A stretch of DNA of 49,375 nucleotides, from IMG/VR virus record IMGVR_UViG_3300020458_000005, positions 1 through 49,375 of that record; one strand, given 5' to 3'. The notes below the pieces were generated by a model that did no database searches, was not told where the DNA came from, and saw only the letters and a list, made by a program, of their open reading frames with translations. Source of the stretch: a virus (Duplodnaviria; Caudoviricetes). This document shows, piece by piece, positions 16,941-25,148 of this stretch; the first letter of the stretch is position 1, and the number at the start of each line of letters is the position of its first letter. The position numbers and the translations under genes were made by a program.

Positions 16941-17484
16941 AGCACGCAACATCAAACCGGGCCTGTTCAAGAACGAAGTTCTTGGCGTGGCCGACCCGCT
17001 GGCGACTCTTCTGTTTGAGGGGCTTTGGCTTCTCGCTGACCGAGAGGGGCGGCTTGAGGACCGGCCGCTGCGCATCAAGGCGGAGATTTTCCCGTACCGA
17101 GACGGGCTCGACATTGATCCCCTGTTGAACTGGCTTGTCGATAACGAGTTCATCGTTCGCTACACCTGCGAAGGGAGGCGCTACATCCAGGTGAACAACT
17201 TCAGCGATTGGTGTTCGGTCAAGCCCCTCTGCTTGGTCTCGTCGCAAGGTGCGGCGCGCCGTTCACGCAAGCGCCTAGCACTTCCCGCTTGGGCTGATCG
17301 CGATGCAATCAACGCTATTTACCAGAAAGCCCAAGAGATGAGCGCCGATACTGGCGAGTCATGGCATGTCGACCACATCTATCCGCTGGCGGGCAAAAGG
17401 GTCTGCGGACTCCACGTTGCTGAAAATCTGCAAATCATTACCGCCAAGCAGAACCTCATAAAATCCAACCGAGTGGAGGTGTAG
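16933..17484 (+). CDS. Fusion of a replication-initiator N-terminal domain and an HNH endonuclease
   Basis: MARARNIKPG...LADREGRLEDRP followed by PAWAD...HVDHIYPL..VCGLHVAENLQ..N..K.N. Confidence 0.8.
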   Translation: MARARNIKPGLFKNEVLGVADPLATLLFEGLWLLADREGRLEDRPLRIKAEIFPYRDGLDIDPLLNWLVDNEFIVRYTCEGRRYIQVNNFSDWCSVKPLCLVSSQGAARRSRKRLALPAWADRDAINAIYQKAQEMSADTGESWHVDHIYPLAGKRVCGLHVAENLQIITAKQNLIKSNRVEV

Positions 17485-17486
17485 CC

Positions 17487-18317
17487 ATGGCCCGTTCTCG
17501 CAATATAAAGCCGGGGATTATGGCGAACGAAGACCTGGCAGAACTTGGCGCGATTGAGCGCCTGCTTTTCATATACCTGTGGATGCTGGCTGACAAGGAA
17601 GGAAGGCTGGAGGATCGCCCAAAGCGTATCAAGGTAGAGGCCCTTCCATATGACGATGTAGATGCTGATGACGCCCTGTGGAAAATAGCGCGTGCCGGGT
17701 TTATTCGTCGATATCAGGTTGGCGAGCAGCGCATCATTCAGATCGTCAACTTCTCGAAGCATCAAGCCCCTCACGTGAGGGAGAAGGCCAGTGAGTTGCC
17801 GGAGCAAAACAACGAATGCTCCGAGATAGAGCCTTCCCATGAAAAGGAGGTTGCTGAGCACAACCTAGGCAGTGCCAAGGCATCACCTAGATCGCCTGAT
17901 TCTCTGATTCCTGATTCTCTGATTCCTGATTCCCTTCAACCCCCTTGCGCGCCTCCGGCTCGCGACGACTCCACAGCCAGCGACGACCTGTTCGCAAAGT
18001 TCTATCGGCTGTACCCGAACAAGAAGGGCAAGGCCAATGCGCTGAAAGCGTGGAAGAAGCTCAAGCTGACCGACGACCTGATCAACCAGATTTTTGATGG
18101 CCTCGGGCGCTACTGCGTGTCCGCTGAATGGCTCAAGGACGGCGGCCGCTTCATACCGCACCCGGCGACGTGGCTGAACGGCAGGCGCTGGGAGGACGAG
18201 GTGCAGCCAGATGGAAACCTGCACCCATTCCCCGGCCAATCCCGTCACACCGGGTTTGATCAACGTGATTACGAGTCTGGGCTGAAACGCCGGGAGGATG
18301 GCACCTATGGCCTCTGA
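17487..18317 (+). CDS. Phage replication initiator (O-like)
   Basis: MARSRNIKPG N-terminus; F..FY..YP.K.GK..A..AW and HPATWLNGRRWEDE C-terminus; internal repeats. Confidence 0.88.
   Translation: MARSRNIKPGIMANEDLAELGAIERLLFIYLWMLADKEGRLEDRPKRIKVEALPYDDVDADDALWKIARAGFIRRYQVGEQRIIQIVNFSKHQAPHVREKASELPEQNNECSEIEPSHEKEVAEHNLGSAKASPRSPDSLIPDSLIPDSLQPPCAPPARDDSTASDDLFAKFYRLYPNKKGKANALKAWKKLKLTDDLINQIFDGLGRYCVSAEWLKDGGRFIPHPATWLNGRRWEDEVQPDGNLHPFPGQSRHTGFDQRDYESGLKRREDGTYGL
17895..17933. repeat. Probable origin iterons inside the initiator gene
   Basis: Five CTGATTC units with 15-bp periodicity (CCTGATTCTCTGATT), encoding PDSLIPDSLIPDSL. Confidence 0.6.
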
Positions 18318-19089
18318 AGTTGATACCACCGTTGGCGATCTTGAGCGCCGCATGGGCGTGACTGGAAAGTCTGCTGAGACCTGTCCAGAGCATGGCGGGT
18401 ATATCGCGATCCACCGTGACGGCCACCAGCCGAGCGGCTGCCCTGTGTGCGCCCGTGTGGAGCGAGAGCGCGAGGAAGAAGAGCAGAAGCGCGCCGAGTT
18501 CGTGTGGCGCCACCTGCCCATTGCGCAGATACCGAAGCGCTTCGCTGATCGCTCGCTGAATAACTACCAGGTCAAGAACGAAGGCCAGCGCCGTGCGCTG
18601 GAGGTGTGCACCGAGTACGCCGACAACTTCGACCACCACAAGTCAGTCGGCCGCTGCCTGCTGCTGCTGGGCAAAGTGGGCACCGGCAAAACCCATCTTG
18701 CGTGCGGCATTGCCAATCGTCTGCTGCGCCGAATGAGCCGCCGCGCAGTGTACCGGACTGTTGGCGACATCCTGATCGGGATACGGGCCAGCTACAGCAA
18801 TCGGGACGAAGAGAGCGAAACAGAGCTGCTGCGGCCAATCCTCGGTGCCGACCTGTTGATCCTCGATGAGGTTGGAGCCACCAAGCCGAGCGAGTTCGAG
18901 TTGGCAACCCTGTATCGAATCATCAACGGCCGTTACGAAAGCTGCCTACCTACCGTGATCGTCTCCAACCTGGCCGCCACCGAGCTTGGCGAGGCAATCG
19001 GAGAGCGCTGCTTTGACCGCATCAAGGAAGGCGGCGCGGTGGTAGTGCCGTTCAGCTGGGCGTCTGCCCGAGGGGAGGCGATGCCATGA
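18307..19089 (+). CDS. DnaC/IstB-like AAA+ helicase loader
   Basis: CPEHG...CPVC, GKVGTGKT Walker A, LLILDEVG Walker B, PTVIVSN. Confidence 0.9.
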   Translation: MASEVDTTVGDLERRMGVTGKSAETCPEHGGYIAIHRDGHQPSGCPVCARVEREREEEEQKRAEFVWRHLPIAQIPKRFADRSLNNYQVKNEGQRRALEVCTEYADNFDHHKSVGRCLLLLGKVGTGKTHLACGIANRLLRRMSRRAVYRTVGDILIGIRASYSNRDEESETELLRPILGADLLILDEVGATKPSEFELATLYRIINGRYESCLPTVIVSNLAATELGEAIGERCFDRIKEGGAVVVPFSWASARGEAMP

Positions 19090-19238
19090 CCAAAAACCAC
19101 CGCACCCAACTCGACCTACGCCACCTGGTCGACCAGTACCTGAAGAACGGCTGGGTTGTATCAAGCCGAGACCCATTGACCCTTGAGCGAGGCCGGGCGC
19201 GGAAGGAAATGCGCCACGGCTGTTTGGTGGATGCATGA
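19086..19238 (+). CDS. 50-aa hypothetical protein
   Basis: MTKNHRTQLD...; ATGA overlaps at both ends. Confidence 0.55.
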   Translation: MTKNHRTQLDLRHLVDQYLKNGWVVSSRDPLTLERGRARKEMRHGCLVDA

Positions 19239-19450
19239 GCATGGATAACGAGAAGAGCAGGGCGGAGTTTGAGGCGTGGGCGGAATCTACTTTCAGCTGG
19301 CATATGTGGGAGCAGGTGGCCCCGGAAGAGCCGAAAACCATTTCCTCTTGGGATGGCGAAAAGTACTGCCACCGCGTTGTGAACGGGATGTGGCTCGCCT
19401 GGCAAGCCTCCCGCGCCGCGCTGGCGACCGTCAAGGAGCCATCCCAATGA
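19235..19450 (+). CDS. Hypothetical nin-region protein
   Basis: SRAEFEAW...MWLAWQASRA motif common in lambdoid phages. Confidence 0.65.
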   Translation: MSMDNEKSRAEFEAWAESTFSWHMWEQVAPEEPKTISSWDGEKYCHRVVNGMWLAWQASRAALATVKEPSQ

Positions 19451-19551
19451 CCGACAAACGCGAACAAGATCACCAAGGCGACGCATTCCGCCCAATCCGC
19501 TGGCTGCTGCTGTCGCTGCTGTTTCTGGCAATTATCGCGCGGATGGACTGA
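19447..19551 (+). CDS. 34-aa single-TM peptide
   Basis: MTDKREQDHQGDAFRPIRWLLLSLLFLAIIARMD; coupled overlaps. Confidence 0.5.
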   Translation: MTDKREQDHQGDAFRPIRWLLLSLLFLAIIARMD

Positions 19552-19916
19552 TGACGGAGAGAGTCAAGTTCTACCACGGTGGCCGGCCAGGCATGAAGAC
19601 GGGTCAGTTCATTCTGGCTCCAGCAGTTACAGGGACGAGCAAGACATTGGCCAACTATGGGGCGGAGGGCCTGTGTCGGCGAGACCGCGTGTACGTGACC
19701 ACAGACCACGTCGCCGCCGCCATGTATGCGGGCATGTACCCAACCAAGAAAGCGGGCTGGGTATACGAGGTTGAGCCGGTAGGCGAGGTCGAACCAGACC
19801 CAGATTGCAGCCAGCCCGGACTTTCGTTCTCTGCTGAAAAGGCTCGAATCATCAAGGTGTATCGGCTTGGCCCTGCAGGGGTTCGCAAGATTCGAGAGGC
19901 GGTGACCTATGGGTGA
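19551..19916 (+). CDS. Arr-like ADP-ribosyltransferase fold protein
   Basis: FYHG, VYVT and VYEVEPVGEVEPDPD motifs match the Arr (rifampin ART) family pattern. Confidence 0.7.
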   Translation: MTERVKFYHGGRPGMKTGQFILAPAVTGTSKTLANYGAEGLCRRDRVYVTTDHVAAAMYAGMYPTKKAGWVYEVEPVGEVEPDPDCSQPGLSFSAEKARIIKVYRLGPAGVRKIREAVTYG

Positions 19917-20034
19917 CGTTCTTGCGGTATTGGCTGCCGGAGTCCTTGGCGGAATCGCGGCCTACAGCGATAGCGGGTTCGTCGTAGGCATCTGTGTTGG
20001 CCTTGCTTATGCAATCGGGAGGATTCATGGCTGA
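19909..20034 (+). CDS. 41-aa two-TM peptide (not in ORF track)
   Basis: MGDVLAVLAAGVLGGIAAYSDSGFVVGICVGLAYAIGRIHG; overlaps both neighbours. Confidence 0.5.
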   Translation: MGDVLAVLAAGVLGGIAAYSDSGFVVGICVGLAYAIGRIHG

Positions 20035-20497
20035 CCGTCTCGTCGTCAATGGCCCGGCGAAGCTGGCCGAATGCATATCCCGGCTGACCGCGCTTTACCG
20101 CCAGCACAAGTACGTCAAGCTGACCGTCAGCACCGGCAAGGACCGCACCCTTGATCAGAACGCGCTTTGGTTCGGCATGTACAAGCGCGCCGCTGAAATG
20201 ATCGAGGCCGGCGACGCCGAAGAGGTGCGCAAGCTGTGCAAGCTGGAGGTCGGTGTCCGCATCCTCCTGCGCGACAGCCCGGATTTTCACGCCACCTGGT
20301 TCAGGTTGTTCGCCCACCTCAGCTACGAGGAAAAGCTGGAGCTGATGGGCGGTCACCCGGTGGCCGGGCCGGAAGGGCTGCCGGTGACGCGCCTGTTCGA
20401 TCGCAAGCAGGGCATTGAGTACACCGAGCGTGTGGCGGCCAAGCTGCGGGCGCAGGGTGTTTATCTGGACGACCTGCTGAGCGAGGAGGCTGCGTGA
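20027..20497 (+). CDS. NinB-like recombination protein
   Basis: RTLDQNALW motif; directly upstream of ninG. Confidence 0.65.
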   Translation: MADRLVVNGPAKLAECISRLTALYRQHKYVKLTVSTGKDRTLDQNALWFGMYKRAAEMIEAGDAEEVRKLCKLEVGVRILLRDSPDFHATWFRLFAHLSYEEKLELMGGHPVAGPEGLPVTRLFDRKQGIEYTERVAAKLRAQGVYLDDLLSEEAA

Positions 20498-21108
20498 ACG
20501 CATTCAAGCCCCGCAAACGCAAATGCAAGGTCTGCAAGACCGAGTACATGGCCCAGCGCCCAATGCAGAACGTGTGCAGCGGCCTGTGTGGCCTGAAGCT
20601 GACCCAGCAGCAGAACGAGAAGGCGCGGCAGGCCAAAGCCAAGCGCGAGCGACGGGAAAGCCGAGAGGCCAAGCAGCGCCTCAAGACCAAGGGTGACCAT
20701 ATTCGCGAGGCTCAGGCGGCGTTTAACGCTTACATCCGCGAGCGTGACCGCGGCCTGCCGTGCATCAGCTGTGGATCGATGCCGAATGACGGCGACCTGC
20801 TGACCGGGAGTCGCATCGATGCAGGCCACTATCGGTCTACCGGCTCATGCCCTGAGCTTCGGTTCGAGCCGCTGAACTGCCATGCCCAGTGCGTGAAGTG
20901 CAACCGCAACCTATCGGGCAACGCAGTGGAGTACCGCATCAGGCTGATCAAGCGCATTGGCCAGACCTCGGTTGAGTGGCTGGAAGGCCTGCACGAGGCC
21001 AAGAAGTACACCATCGAAGACCTACAAGCCATCAAGGCCAAGTACCGGGCGATGACGCGGGAACTGAAACGGGCGAATGAGAAAACTACAGCGGGGGAGC
21101 TGGCATGA
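20494..21108 (+). CDS. ninG: NinG/Rap endonuclease
   Basis: CKVC, AQAAFNAYIRERD...CISCG, DAGHYRS, NCHAQCVKCN. Confidence 0.9.
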   Translation: MNAFKPRKRKCKVCKTEYMAQRPMQNVCSGLCGLKLTQQQNEKARQAKAKRERRESREAKQRLKTKGDHIREAQAAFNAYIRERDRGLPCISCGSMPNDGDLLTGSRIDAGHYRSTGSCPELRFEPLNCHAQCVKCNRNLSGNAVEYRIRLIKRIGQTSVEWLEGLHEAKKYTIEDLQAIKAKYRAMTRELKRANEKTTAGELA

Positions 21109-21629
21109 TCTACAAAGACGCAGGGCACTGCATTGCGCGGGTGATGTCGATCGAGACCAACGACGGCACGGCCAAGGCCGGGTGGCAGATGCGGTACCAA
21201 ACAGGCTTCCCCGAAGAACGCGGCGCGGGGTCTGGTCTGAGCGCGGAAGAGCGACTGACCCAGGACGCGATGACGCGAGGAATGCTGCACCGAGAGCTGA
21301 CCGAGCTTCAGTGGAACGTGCTGGTAGCCAAGTACAGCATCAATGACCGAGAGGTGGCTGATGCGGTGCGCTGGCTGATCCTGCGAGTAGAGTCGCCTGC
21401 ACACCGACTGTTTGTAACCAAGGCCGTGACCGCATGGGCAGTGCCGAAGCGCTTGCCGGCCGCCTTCTACGTGCTGCACAGCTGGGACTCTGATGGCACG
21501 CCGGATAGCACTCTGCGGCGTTGGCGAGGGCTTATTGGCAAGTGGCTTGGTGGCAATTTGGATTCGGCTTTCAGGCGCGTCGAGCAGTTGCTAAAGGCCA
21601 ACGGACTCTGCAGTGAAGTGGCTGCATGA
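21105..21629 (+). CDS. Late antiterminator Q-like protein
   Basis: Position after ninG and before the late genes; C-terminal PDSTLRRWR HTH-like segment. Confidence 0.65.
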   Translation: MIYKDAGHCIARVMSIETNDGTAKAGWQMRYQTGFPEERGAGSGLSAEERLTQDAMTRGMLHRELTELQWNVLVAKYSINDREVADAVRWLILRVESPAHRLFVTKAVTAWAVPKRLPAAFYVLHSWDSDGTPDSTLRRWRGLIGKWLGGNLDSAFRRVEQLLKANGLCSEVAA

Positions 21630-21706
21630 CCATCACCAAGAAAAAGAGAAGGCCGGGGGATACCCGGCCTGTTCCTGCAGCCGCTTGCTGCGCGAAAGGC
21701 GAACTC

Positions 21707-22453
21707 CTAAAGTGCCAGACAGAGTTCGATATTGGCTTCCAAGCGACCTATTGCTTGCTTTTGCGCTTCGATCGCTGCTTTATCCGCGTCAGTTAATTCT
21801 GCGAGCGCTTTCTCGGTGTTGCTGGAACCTGCGGCAGGCTTGGCGGTCATTGCCGCCTCAATGCTTGCTTGAAGCGCGCTGAAGTTTGGAGGCTGGCTAA
21901 CCGCCCTCATACGCAAGGATTCAAATAATCGGTTATCGACCTTTTCTGAAGCGATGTTGAGGTGGTGGAGTGCATATAGCTCGACAGAGCCCCATCCGGG
22001 CGGGTCCTGGATGTGTTTAAAGAGATCCGGCCGGAGTGATTCGGCAATGGTTTGGAGGCAGCTTGCGGCGTGATACGCCTTCACGTAGGCGTCCGTTTGT
22101 TTTTCAATGCCGTAGAAGTTGCTCAGCACCTCACTGCCACCAAATAGCACAGCACCACCAGCTGCAACCGGAACCGAGCTGGCAACCACACCGGCAGCAC
22201 CGAGCGCGCCGCCTACAAGCTCTACCTCACCAGAACCCCATTCTTTCTTTTCAAGTCCACGCGCCGAATTCCTGTAACTCTTGATCATTGCTCTGTTTGC
22301 GCAGGCGTAGACGGTTGCTGATTCGCTAGGACAAGTATCAGCTCTTAGCGATGTAGAGGAGAATGACACCGTATTTGGCAGGCTTGGCCGTAAAGAAGAA
22401 CAGGCAGCAAGTGAAAACACAATTAGAATGACCGGAAGAATCCTTGCGTGCAT
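21707..22453 (-). CDS. Lipoprotein moron on the antisense strand
   Basis: Signal peptide with lipobox LAA-C (MHARILPVILIVFSLAAC); lower GC; inserted between Q and the late promoter. Confidence 0.75.
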   Translation of the reverse strand: MHARILPVILIVFSLAACSSLRPSLPNTVSFSSTSLRADTCPSESATVYACANRAMIKSYRNSARGLEKKEWGSGEVELVGGALGAAGVVASSVPVAAGGAVLFGGSEVLSNFYGIEKQTDAYVKAYHAASCLQTIAESLRPDLFKHIQDPPGWGSVELYALHHLNIASEKVDNRLFESLRMRAVSQPPNFSALQASIEAAMTAKPAAGSSNTEKALAELTDADKAAIEAQKQAIGRLEANIELCLAL

Positions 22454-22586
22454 GAGGGGCATCCTTTGTCAGTAGTGGCCATTTAAAAGTAGCCATGTCC
22501 GATTGATGTGTCGAGTCTGCGTTCTCACATGCCAGCCGAGGGAGAGATCGACAATCAGCATACCCGCAAGTATGGGCAAGAAGAGC

Positions 22587-22620
22587 TTGCAAATCCCTAA
22601 TCAACTGATCAGTATTAATA
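22587..22620 (+). promoter_or_regulatory. Putative late promoter pR'
   Basis: TTGCAA -35 followed by an AT-rich -10 region (imperfect), upstream of two terminators and the holin. Confidence 0.45.
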
Positions 22621-22647
22621 CCAATCTGCGGTTTTGCCGCTCGAAAT

Positions 22648-22712
22648 AACCCGTCCATTGAGGCGGGTTTTTTTATGCCCGTTTCACAGCCCGCCACTGA
22701 GCGGGCTTTTTT
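22648..22712 (+). terminator. Tandem intrinsic terminators (tR'-like)
   Basis: AACCCGTC-CATTGA-GGCGGGTTTTTT and AGCCCGC-CACTGA-GCGGGCTTTTTT. Confidence 0.75.
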
Positions 22713-22753
22713 GTTTTGGCCTCATGCGTGTGGCCCAGCCATGGAGACACACA

Positions 22754-23131
22754 ATGCCCGACATCAGCAGCGGCGTCATTGCAGGCGCAGGAGTCGCCAC
22801 AGTCACCGCCGCCAGCCTGATCCCAGGCGTGAACCTTGAGGCCGTTACGGCCGCCTTCGCAGGCGCTCTGTTTTTCATGGTGTTCTCAAAGGACCTGAGC
22901 TGGGCGGCCAAGCTGGGCTACTTTGTTTTCTCTTGGATTGCCGGCTATTTCGTATCGGCGGAGATGGTTGCGCGCGGCTGGACCGAGACCGCGGCTGTCC
23001 CTGCTATGTTCGTCGGTATCTTCGTCGTCGTGGTCTGCATCAGCCTGATGGAGTGGATACAGGAAGGCAAGACACCCGGCTGGATCGTCACTATCGCTGA
23101 CTTTGTTGTCAGGGGGCGAAAAGATGGCTGA
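22754..23131 (+). CDS. Putative holin
   Basis: Multiple TM segments, AFAGALFF motif, first late gene. Confidence 0.7.
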   Translation: MPDISSGVIAGAGVATVTAASLIPGVNLEAVTAAFAGALFFMVFSKDLSWAAKLGYFVFSWIAGYFVSAEMVARGWTETAAVPAMFVGIFVVVVCISLMEWIQEGKTPGWIVTIADFVVRGRKDG

Positions 23132-23432
23132 ACCTGCGGCACTGCCAACGCTATCCACGCTGATCGTCTCGCTGCTGTGCGGGTCAATCTGCCTGCGGCT
23201 GGTTATGTTCCGCCGGGAGGGCGCGCGCTATCGCCCGGGCGTGAGCCTTTGCGCGTGGCTGCTTGCTGTCGGTACTGGCGGTTATTCACTGACCGTCGCC
23301 CTTGCTCCAATCACTGGTCACCAGGTTGCACCGGTAAGCCCGTTTCTGCTGATCGTGTTCGTGATCTTGGCGGTCATGGTCTGGCGGTCTCGGGGAAATG
23401 TGGCGACCGTAATCAGGCCGAACCATGGCTAA
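23124..23432 (+). CDS. Holin-family membrane protein
   Basis: Three TMs; FRREGARYRPGVS..AWLL and RGNVA motifs. Confidence 0.75.
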   Translation: MAEPAALPTLSTLIVSLLCGSICLRLVMFRREGARYRPGVSLCAWLLAVGTGGYSLTVALAPITGHQVAPVSPFLLIVFVILAVMVWRSRGNVATVIRPNHG

Positions 23433-23595
23433 GCCGCTGACCTGTCGCGTGCTGATCAAACGCGCCTGGTGGCTCGACTGGTATCTGGCCGGCGTTGCGA
23501 TGGTGTCGCTTGCAACAGGCCGTGACCCGGATTGGCGGAAGGTTGAGCGCTGGGTGTCACGCGGTATCAAGCTGCAGTTGGAGAGCACCAAGTGA
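23425..23595 (+). CDS. 56-aa hypothetical protein (not in ORF track)
   Basis: MAKPLTCRVLIKRAWWLDWYLAGV...PDWRKVERWVSRGI; coupled. Confidence 0.6.
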   Translation: MAKPLTCRVLIKRAWWLDWYLAGVAMVSLATGRDPDWRKVERWVSRGIKLQLESTK

Positions 23596-23798
23596 GCGTC
23601 AGCCGCATCTACTCGTCCAAGCCTGTCAGCCAGGAAGTGAATGATGCCCTCAATGCCATGTGCACCGATCTCGGTAGCGCGATAGACCGGGCGAAGGACG
23701 CAGGTGTCCCGCAAGGTCTGGTGGTCGCCATCCTGTCGGGTCTCTGGCATGAGGAGACTGCTCGAATGCTGGCGATACGGGACGCAGGCCATGACTGA
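23592..23798 (+). CDS. Hypothetical protein
   Basis: Coupled 68-aa ORF. Confidence 0.55.
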   Translation: MSVSRIYSSKPVSQEVNDALNAMCTDLGSAIDRAKDAGVPQGLVVAILSGLWHEETARMLAIRDAGHD

Positions 23799-24045
23799 TC
23801 TCAAAGTGGTTCAGCTCAAGCCGGAGGGCTACTCCGACCCGATTAAGGCACTGAAGTCGGCCATCGAAATGATGGAGAGCGGAGAGATCGAGCCATGCGA
23901 AACTGGAGCCTTGGTTCTGATGGGCAAGAATGGTGCGATCGAAACGTATGGTTTTGGCCCAAAGTCGGATGACCTGCAAGTTCTTGGCCTTCTTCGCCTC
24001 GGAGAGCAGGTGATAATCGATGGCAGCTTCCCAAAAGGCGGCTAA
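23791..24045 (+). CDS. Hypothetical protein
   Basis: MTDLKVVQL start; coupled. Confidence 0.6.
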   Translation: MTDLKVVQLKPEGYSDPIKALKSAIEMMESGEIEPCETGALVLMGKNGAIETYGFGPKSDDLQVLGLLRLGEQVIIDGSFPKGG

Positions 24046-24655
24046 GGTCAGCAGGCCAGTGCCGCCAGCCGATCTGTTCCAGCACGCCCTGCCGACGCTT
24101 CGCCCGGCTGCCGGTGTGTGGGAATGGATCACGAATGAAATCCTGTCCAGCACCGGCAGCATCCATAACGAGGACCATGCGCACCTTCTGGATGCGGACA
24201 TAGCGATCCTCTGGGCCTCGACAGGCTTCGGAAAGCGCGGGCGCACAGTCATTGGCCAGGCAGAGCAGGTGGCGTTCCGGGTCGGCGGGTGGCAGAAGGC
24301 CCGACAGGAGCAGCAGATGCGGGAATGGTTCGGGCGAGAGCCTGCCTTCCTGATCACGCTGGCGGCCGATTACTGCGACCAGTGCTCAGATGTTGAGTTC
24401 TGCGCCTTGGTGGAGCATGAGCTGTACCACATACGCCAGAAGCTCGATCAGTACGGTGCCCCGAAGTTCACCCAGGACGGACTGCCTGCGCTCGAGCTGT
24501 GCGGCCACGACGTTGAAGAGTTCGTTGGCGTGGTTCGCAGATACGGTGCAAGCACAGAGGTGCAGCAGATGATTAACGCTGCTGCAAGCGCGCCAGAGGT
24601 GGCGCAAATCAATATCGCGAGGGCCTGCGGAACCTGCCTGCTCAAGTCGGCCTGA
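24020..24655 (+). CDS. Putative phage metallopeptidase
   Basis: LVEHELYH (HExxH) and HDVEEF..VVRRYG. Confidence 0.8.
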   Translation: MAASQKAAKVSRPVPPADLFQHALPTLRPAAGVWEWITNEILSSTGSIHNEDHAHLLDADIAILWASTGFGKRGRTVIGQAEQVAFRVGGWQKARQEQQMREWFGREPAFLITLAADYCDQCSDVEFCALVEHELYHIRQKLDQYGAPKFTQDGLPALELCGHDVEEFVGVVRRYGASTEVQQMINAAASAPEVAQINIARACGTCLLKSA

Positions 24656-24686
24656 TCACTGACAGGTTTTGACGGATGACAATCAT

Positions 24687-25148
24687 ATGGCAGCAATGCG
24701 AAGCGAGGTCAGGGCGTTCATAGTTCAGGCGCTTGCATGCTTCGACACGCCGTCACAGGTGGCCGAGGCAGTCAAGAAAGAGTTCGGGCTAGAGGTAAGC
24801 CGCCAAGCGTGCGAGTCTCACGACCCAACAAAGTATGCCGGTCGCGGGTTGGCCAAGAAGTGGGCGGACATGTTTCACGCCTGCAGAGAGAGGTTCAAGG
24901 AAGAGACCCAGGACATTCCCATTGCCAACCGAGCGTACCGGCTGCGGGCGCTTGGCAGGATGGCGGAGCGGGCGGAAGGCATGCGCAACATGGCGCTGAC
25001 GGCTCAGCTGCTTGAGCAGGCCGCGAAGGAAGTTGGCGACGTCTATGTAAATCGCCACGCAAAGGCTGAGGCAGACCCAAGCGACATTGTGCCTGCAAGA
25101 GTTGAAGTGGCGATCGTAGACGCCAGGAAGCGTGATGCCGACGCTTAA
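24687..25148 (+). CDS. Terminase small subunit (DUF2280-like)
   Basis: FIVQALACFDTPSQV...IPIANRAYRL; directly upstream of terL. Confidence 0.8.
   Translation: MAAMRSEVRAFIVQALACFDTPSQVAEAVKKEFGLEVSRQACESHDPTKYAGRGLAKKWADMFHACRERFKEETQDIPIANRAYRLRALGRMAERAEGMRNMALTAQLLEQAAKEVGDVYVNRHAKAEADPSDIVPARVEVAIVDARKRDADA

Noticed and set aside
19551-19916. Calling this a rifampicin-resistance gene (arr)
   Set aside because: Only fold-level motifs match; the phage nin context argues against assuming the substrate
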